From NCBI GenBank assembly GCA_018826905.1, contig JAHJYC010000001.1, positions 1 to 63,096 of the forward strand: a stretch of DNA of 63,096 bases, written 5' to 3'. Position numbers and translations under genes: made by a program. Source of the stretch: Patescibacteria group bacterium (GTDB lineage Bacteria; Patescibacteriota; Minisyncoccia; Phycocordibacterales; Phycocordibacteraceae). The notes below the pieces were generated by a model. That model did not search any database, had not been told where the DNA came from, and worked only from the letters and a program-made list of their open reading frames with translations. Below are positions 57,591 through 63,096 of this stretch, piece by piece (position 1 is the first letter of the stretch; each line of letters begins with the position of its first letter).

Positions 57591-57617
57591 TGATTTTCTC
57601 CCTCAGAATGCCTATTT

Positions 57618-57646
57618 AGTTTAGGACATATATGCAATAAAGTCAA
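57618..57646 (-). promoter_or_regulatory. Sigma70 promoter of the lipoprotein gene
   Basis: TTGACT-17 nt-TAAACT on the minus strand. Confidence 0.65.
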
Positions 57647-57712
57647 GCGTTTTTTAGAGAATCTCCAAAGGTTGATAGAAGGGAAGCCAGTAGGTACAAT
57701 GCCTGCACTTCC

Positions 57713-58291
57713 ATGGATCCTCTCGCTCGTCTGTTCGGCACTCCCGCCCGCCTCAAACTCCTCCGTCTCTTTTTGTTTAATGACGACACTGCGTTCTCAG
57801 TTCCTGAAGCACTCTTTCGTGCAAAGGCAGCAAAGGATGTTGGGAAAAAAGAAATAGCTCTATTACTTGCGTGCGGTATTTTGCGCAAGAAACTCGCCAA
57901 GCAGGGAACCACCTATGCAGCAGACAAGCGCTTTGCGCACTATGACGAGCTAAAGACATTTTTGCGTACGACCACTGATGTCAGTGACACCTATCTGCTT
58001 TCTGCACTCAAAAAGGCGGGAAGCCTAAAGCTCGTTACACTCACCGGATTATTTACAGGTGTCATAGAATCAAAGATTGACTTACTCGTAGTAGGGGACA
58101 AGTTGGAAGAGAAGCCTCTCGCCAGTGCCGTGCATGCGCTTGAGGCAGAACTGGGACGAGAATTGCGTTACGCATCCTTCTCAACTGAAGAGTTCAGGTA
58201 CCGCCTCGGGGTCTACGACCGCCTTCTTCGCGATGTATTTGATTATCCAAACCGCACCGTTATAGACAAACTCGGCGTAACTGCTAAATAA
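57713..58291 (+). CDS. Conserved CPR protein: N-terminal wHTH + nucleotidyltransferase-like fold
   Basis: LFGTPARLKLLRLFL; SKIDLLVVGD; LGRELRY...EEFRYR. Confidence 0.7.
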   Translation: MDPLARLFGTPARLKLLRLFLFNDDTAFSVPEALFRAKAAKDVGKKEIALLLACGILRKKLAKQGTTYAADKRFAHYDELKTFLRTTTDVSDTYLLSALKKAGSLKLVTLTGLFTGVIESKIDLLVVGDKLEEKPLASAVHALEAELGRELRYASFSTEEFRYRLGVYDRLLRDVFDYPNRTVIDKLGVTAK

Positions 58292-58382
58292 GCCCTATCC
58301 ACAGACCCCGCCCCGCGGGGTCTCTCGCTTGTTACACTTAAGGTATTAACGGAATAACGCCGAAATTAAGTAAAATAACCCT

Positions 58383-59060
58383 ATGTTCCTCACTACCTGG
58401 GCAGATGTGCTAACGCAGTCCTTTCAGAACCTATCCTACGGACTCGTTGCATTCATCCCGAACCTCATTGTTGCAATTATCATCTTCGTTATTGGCTGGC
58501 TCGTTGGCGCTGGTATCGGACGTTTTGTTGCACAAGCCGTAACGTCACTTCGTGTAGATCAGGCACTTCGTGCTGCTGGAGTTGAGCGAGTCGTTGAGCG
58601 CGCAGGGTTCACCTTGAACGCTGGCGCTTTCCTTGGCTTCCTTGTGAAGTGGTTCTTCATTATCGTTTTCCTCGTCGCATCACTTGATGTGCTTGGACTT
58701 ACTCAGGTAACCGCATTCCTTTCAGGAGTAGTTCTCGGCTACCTTCCACAGGTGATTGTTGCAGTACTCATCTTGCTCGTTGCAGCAGTCATTGCTGAAG
58801 CAACACAGCGTGTAGTTACTGGAGCAGCTCGTGCTGCAAACATTAAGAGCGCAAATCTTCTTGGAGCGATCACTCGTTGGTCTATCTGGATCTTTGCGAT
58901 TCTCGCAGCTCTTGATCGTCTTGGTATCTCACCGCTTGTACAGACACTCTTCACCGGAGTAGTCGTAGCGCTCTCACTTGCGTTTGGTCTTGCGTTTGGT
59001 CTTGGTGGCCAGGCAGCAGCCGCTCGCTACATTGAGCGTGTGCAGAACGAGATCAAATAA
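58383..59060 (+). CDS. TM-helix repeat protein (CmpX/MscS N-terminal-like)
   Basis: FIPNLIVAIIIF, YLPQVIVAVLIL, LAFGLAFGLGG. Confidence 0.8.
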   Translation: MFLTTWADVLTQSFQNLSYGLVAFIPNLIVAIIIFVIGWLVGAGIGRFVAQAVTSLRVDQALRAAGVERVVERAGFTLNAGAFLGFLVKWFFIIVFLVASLDVLGLTQVTAFLSGVVLGYLPQVIVAVLILLVAAVIAEATQRVVTGAARAANIKSANLLGAITRWSIWIFAILAALDRLGISPLVQTLFTGVVVALSLAFGLAFGLGGQAAAARYIERVQNEIK

Positions 59061-59077
59061 CTTCACAAAAGTCTCAT

Positions 59078-59107
59078 CAAAAGCCCCGCTAACGAGCGGG
59101 GCTTTTG
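59078..59107 (+). terminator. Terminator
   Basis: CAAAAGCCCCGCT-aacg-AGCGGGGCTTTTG. Confidence 0.88.
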
Positions 59108-59114
59108 TATTGGT

Positions 59115-59143
59115 TTGACAGGATATATACCCCCGCGTATACT
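59115..59143 (+). promoter_or_regulatory. Sigma70 promoter of the 23S-5S unit
   Basis: TTGACA-17 nt-TATACT. Confidence 0.88.
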
Positions 59144-59921
59144 CCTTATTACGTGTTAAACACCAAGAAATTACTGACCAAACGGAGCGGATAGGTCGTA
59201 AGACCAGGCGTGAAAACGTCCCCGCCCCGCATGGGGCTTTTTTCTTGCACAGAACACGGGCTCGTTGACAGACGAATATGCAAATAGGTAATCAACGCCG
59301 CATGGCGTGACTTTCGTCATGTCATGCGGATTGAATATTGCAGAATCACAAAAATTAGAACAGTGGTGTTCAGGTTTCCGCACAGGAGACAATAAGGGTG
59401 CACGGTGGATGCCTAGGCTTGCGACAGCGATGAAGGACGCGACTAATCAGCGAAATGCTTCGGGGAGACGATTTGTAGTCTTTGATCCGGAGGTGTCCGA
59501 ATGGGGAAACCCGGCCAGCAATGGTCACCCAGCTTTTAAGCTGAGGAGCGAACCCAGGGAAGTGAAACATCTCAGTACCTGGAGGAATAGAAAACAACAA
59601 CGAGTTGCGTTCCGTCTATTCGATGCTTCGAGTAGATGGAACGCGACTCTCGTGATTCCCTAAGTAGCGGCGAGCGAAACGGGAATAGCCCAAACCGGGT
59701 ACTTCGGTATCCGGGGTTGTAGGGCGGAAGCGCCGTATTTATACGGCATAAGTTACAAAAGTTCTACATAGCAGAAGAAGCTGGAAAGCTTCGCCCCAGA
59801 GGGTAATGGCCCCGTATGCGAAATGTAAAACTCTTATGCGCTTCCGTTCCTGAGTAGTTCGAGACACGAATAGCTCGGATGAATCTGCCAGAACTAACTG
59901 GTAAGGCTAAATATGTCGCAG

Positions 59922-59967
<46 letters not shown>

Positions 59968-60539
59968 GAGAGGGGAGTGAAATAGAACTGAAACCGTGTA
60001 CTTACAAAGGGTTAGGGTGGGCTCCGGTCCATCCTAGCGTGCCTATTGAAGAATGAGCCTGCGAGTTTATGTATGTCGCTTCGGCTAAATCCGTTACGGG
60101 ATGGAGCCATAGGGAAACCGAGTGTTAATAGCGCGCCCGTGTCATACATAAGACCCGAAGCCAAGTGAGCTTGCCATGAGCAGGATGAAGTCTGTCGAAA
60201 GACAGATGGAGGTCCGAACCCGTAGATCGTACAACGTCTTGGGATGACTTGTGGTAAGGAGTGAAAAGCTAATCGAACTTGGTAATAGCTGGTTCTCTCC
60301 GAAACATCTTTTGGGATGGCGTCGTGTGTTCCCCTTGGGGGTAGAGCACTGGAAGGGATGAACAGGGAGAAATCTCGTCATTCCTATCAAACTCCGAATA
60401 CCAAGGATTATGAGCGCGGCAGTTAGACGGTGGGGGCGAAGCTCCACACGTCGAAGGGGGAAGAGCCCTTGATCGCCAGTTAAGGTCCCAAAATTTACGC
60501 TAAGTACAACTTAAGGAAGTGAGGATTCTTCGACAATGA

Positions 60540-60571
<32 letters not shown>

Positions 60572-61404
60572 GAAAGCGTAACAGCTCACTCATCGAGAGT
60601 CCTTGCGCCGAAGATAATCGGGGTTAAGCGTAATACCGAAACTGCGGGTGTGCATGTCTTCCGAGACGTGCACGCGGTAGGAGAGCGTTCCGTTCTGCTG
60701 TGAAGCTAAAGGGGTGACCCATAGTGGAGCGTACGGAAGTGAGAATGCAGGCACAAGTAACCACAACGCGGGTGAGAACCCCGCGCGTCGAAAGAACAAG
60801 GTTTCCTCAGCTATGGTGATCAACTGAGGGTTAGTCGGGCCTTAGGGGATGGCGAAAGCCGCACCTGATGGACACAGGGTTAATATTCCCTGACCGATCA
60901 TATGTGCGATGGAGTGACGGATTGCTGTATCTATGGCCCATTATTGGATTTGGGTTAGTGCCGTGAGGAGGTCTGGTAGGCAAATCCGCCAGACATTACT
61001 CCGAGCGGAAAAACAATGTCCTTCCACGGAGGGACAGAGCATAGAGAGCGCGGTTCCAAGAAAAACTTCTAAGCTTCAGCATATGACGACCGTACCGCAA
61101 ACCGACACAGGTGTTCAGGTCGAGTAGACTAAGACGAACGAGTTAGAGGTCCTCAAGGAACTCGGCAAAAAAGCGGCCGTAAGTTAGCGATAAGGCCTGC
61201 TCTGGGCAACCAGAGCCGCAGCGAAAGATTTTCTGCCAACTGTTTATCAAAAACACAGCTCCCTGCGAACTCGTAAGAGGATGTATAGGGGGTGACGCCT
61301 GACCAATGCCGGAAGGTCAAGCGCGGGAGGTACATTGATTTATTGATGTGCTGGACCGTATAAGCCCCGGTGAATGTCGGCGATAACTATAATCGTCCTA
61401 AGGT

Positions 61405-61601
61405 TCTGCGTATGAGCAATCGTACGCAGAACGGATTGGGGCGGTTATAGGAGACCGTAAACAGTGTTGAGAGACTTGCGTCATTAAAAGCTACCTCTTC
61501 AAACCGAAAGGTTTGTTGGATCCACGACTCAAATGAGAGGCCATACGTCGTGCCCCCAAGCAATTGGGGTGAAGATATGGTCCTGCTTGAAGGAATAGTA
61601 G
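61405..61601 (+). mobile_element. Group I-like intron at 23S position 1931, 197 nt, no ORF, reduced core
   Basis: Splits CCTAAGGT|AGCGTAATTCC; ends in G; P7 GAGGCCA/TGGTCC, J8/7 GAAGATA, P3 CACGAC/GTCGTG. Confidence 0.9.
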
Positions 61602-62262
61602 AGCGTAATTCCTTGTCTGGTAAGTTCAGACGTGCACGAATGGCGTAATGAGTGGAAAACTGTCTCGAGGACTTGCTCGGTGAAAATGCAATACCGGTGA
61701 AGATGCCGGTTACCTGTAGTTAGACGAAAAGACCCCAGGAGCTTTACTACAGCTTGGTATTGGGGCTGCGTGATATATGCGTAGCATAGGTGGGAGACTT
61801 TGAAGCATACCTTTCGGGGTGTGTGGAGTCGCCAGTGAAATACCACTCTTATATTGTGCAGTCTCTAACCCGCGTAAGAACTACGTGGGAACAGTGCCTG
61901 GCGGGTAGTTTTGGTGGGGCGCTATCCTCCTAAAAAGTAACGGAGGAGTCTATTAAGGTTGGCTAGGCGCGAATGGAAACCGTGCCGATAGTGTAATGGC
62001 ACAAGCCAGCTTAACTGTAAGGGGTACATCCCGCACAGATGCGAAAGCAGAGCATAGTGAACCGATGGTACGCCTTAGATGCGGCCAGAGATTAACGGAT
62101 AAAAGTTACCCTGGGGATAACAGGCTAGTTCCGCCCAAGCGTCCATAGCGACGGCGGAGTTCGGCACCTCGATGTCGGCTCACCTTAGCGCGGGGCTGGA
62201 GAAGGTCCCAAGCGTATGGCTGTTCGCCATTTAAAAAGGTACGCGAGCTGGGTTCAAACCGT

Positions 62263-62567
62263 GAGGGGATTGAATAGCAATATTTGATTCTCTCACCGTT
62301 TGAATCCCTTCGAGATTTCTGTTATCAGAACCGATAAAGTGCGATGTGAATGTCTTTTCGTCTTGAAACTAAGATAGAACCAACCATGACACGGCGGTTG
62401 TATGCAGCAATGTATACAAGCAAGCTGACTCATATCGGTGGAACCCTACTCGTAAGAGGGGCAACACCGAGGGAATCCTGAAAGGGAGCCCGTAGAGACT
62501 GAACGTCAGACATCCTTTGGGATGAATTTACAGTCCGATCCTTGGAGTAATCCAAGTAAACGAAATG
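62263..62567 (+). mobile_element. Group I intron at 23S position 2593, 305 nt, no homing endonuclease
   Basis: Splits CAAACCGT|CGTGAGAC; ends in G; IGS 62390-62399, P3 CTGAC/GTCAG, P4 TCGGTG/CACCGA, P7 GAGACTG/CAGTCC, P9 CTTGGA-gtaa-TCCAAG. Confidence 0.93.
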
Positions 62568-62951
62568 CGTGAGACAGGTTGGTCTCCTATCTACTACAGG
62601 CGTTGATTCTTGAGGAGACTTGCCCCTAGTACGAGAGGACCGGGGTGAACTGACCTCTGGTCTACGAGCTGTCACGCCAGTGGCATCGCTCGGTAGCTAT
62701 GTCGGGAACTGATAACTGCTGAAAGCATATAAGCGGGAAGCAAACTCCAAGATTAGGAATCGTTATGAGGCTCCTAGAAGATTACTAGGTTGATAGGCTT
62801 TAGATGGAAGCGCAGTGATGCGTTGAGTCGAGAAGTACTAATATGCCCAGACTTCTGTGCGGAATTCTGTATGTCACGTCTAATGATGTGATCTGTAACA
62901 AAAACCTATTTGCATATTCGTCCGTCCATGAGGACGGAAACGTGCGCATGA

Positions 62952-63058
62952 TGCTGGTGATTTATCGGAAGGGCCACACCCGTTCTCATTCCGAACACGG
63001 CAGTTAAGCCTTCTTGAGCCGATGGTACTCGCAAGGGGAGAGTAGGTTGTCGCCAGCA
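62952..63058 (+). rRNA. rrf: 5S rRNA (short, about 107 nt)
   Basis: CCCGTTCTCATTCCGAACACGG, GATGGTAC, GAGAGTAGG; terminal helix TGCTGGTGA/TCGCCAGCA. Confidence 0.96.
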
Positions 63059-63096
63059 TCATGCGCGTGTTTCTTTTACAATTCAAAAGCCGCCCC

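Noticed and set aside
57713..58291. MNT-HEPN toxin-antitoxin or defence system
   Set aside because: No HEPN or toxin neighbour, and the GS-DxD motif is incomplete; looks like a conserved stand-alone CPR gene.
61494..61540. Alternative core for the L1931 intron (GACUC as P7, CCUCUU/GAGAGG as P3)
   Set aside because: It gives a weaker P7 and leaves CACGAC/GUCGUG unexplained; GAGGCCA/UGGUCC fits the canonical register. Even this alternative leaves no room for a normal P4-P6.
62255..62307. Loss of the U.G wobble in the L2593 intron
   Set aside because: The U-A pairing there is the decoy helix; a proper guide with U.G and P10 exists at 62390-62399.

Overview
A 63-kb core-genome segment from a Patescibacteria (CPR) bacterium, most likely Parcubacteria (Kaiserbacteria/Adlerbacteria-like). 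The taxonomy is inferred from gene content and style; the genetic code is standard (TGA is used as stop). It carries about 65 mostly housekeeping CDS: polA, murE, ruvA, recA, recO, ftsK, four aminoacyl-tRNA synthetases, a thymidylate/folate cluster, type IV pilus genes and ribosomal proteins. There are also 7 tRNAs, two tandem S-layer-like paralogs, and a separately promoted 23S-5S rRNA locus with no adjacent 16S. No CRISPR array, IS, integrase or prophage is visible. The most interesting signals are RNA-level. (1) A 197-nt group I-like intron at 23S position 1931 keeps the P3-P7-P8 core, but appears to have lost the whole P4-P6 domain, the 5' splice-site U.G wobble and the P9 tetraloop hairpin. 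A complete canonical group I intron at position 2593 sits nearby as an internal control. (2) Both introns carry decoy helices over the 5' splice site. (3) A 6S RNA-like rod lies at the window start. (4) Many genes have leaderless promoter architecture, including a palindromic -10 box shared by thyA and tmk. (5) The S-layer-like genes have long structured leaders, one with an rrn boxA-like motif. Protein-level oddities include IleRS with a GVHH signature and an inserted histidine phosphatase domain, EF-P with Gln at the normally modified Lys, and a voltage-gated channel with no GYG filter. There are also solitary high-GC ORFans and two unannotated small ORFs. All structures were paired by eye and all product calls come from motif recognition; no searches were run.
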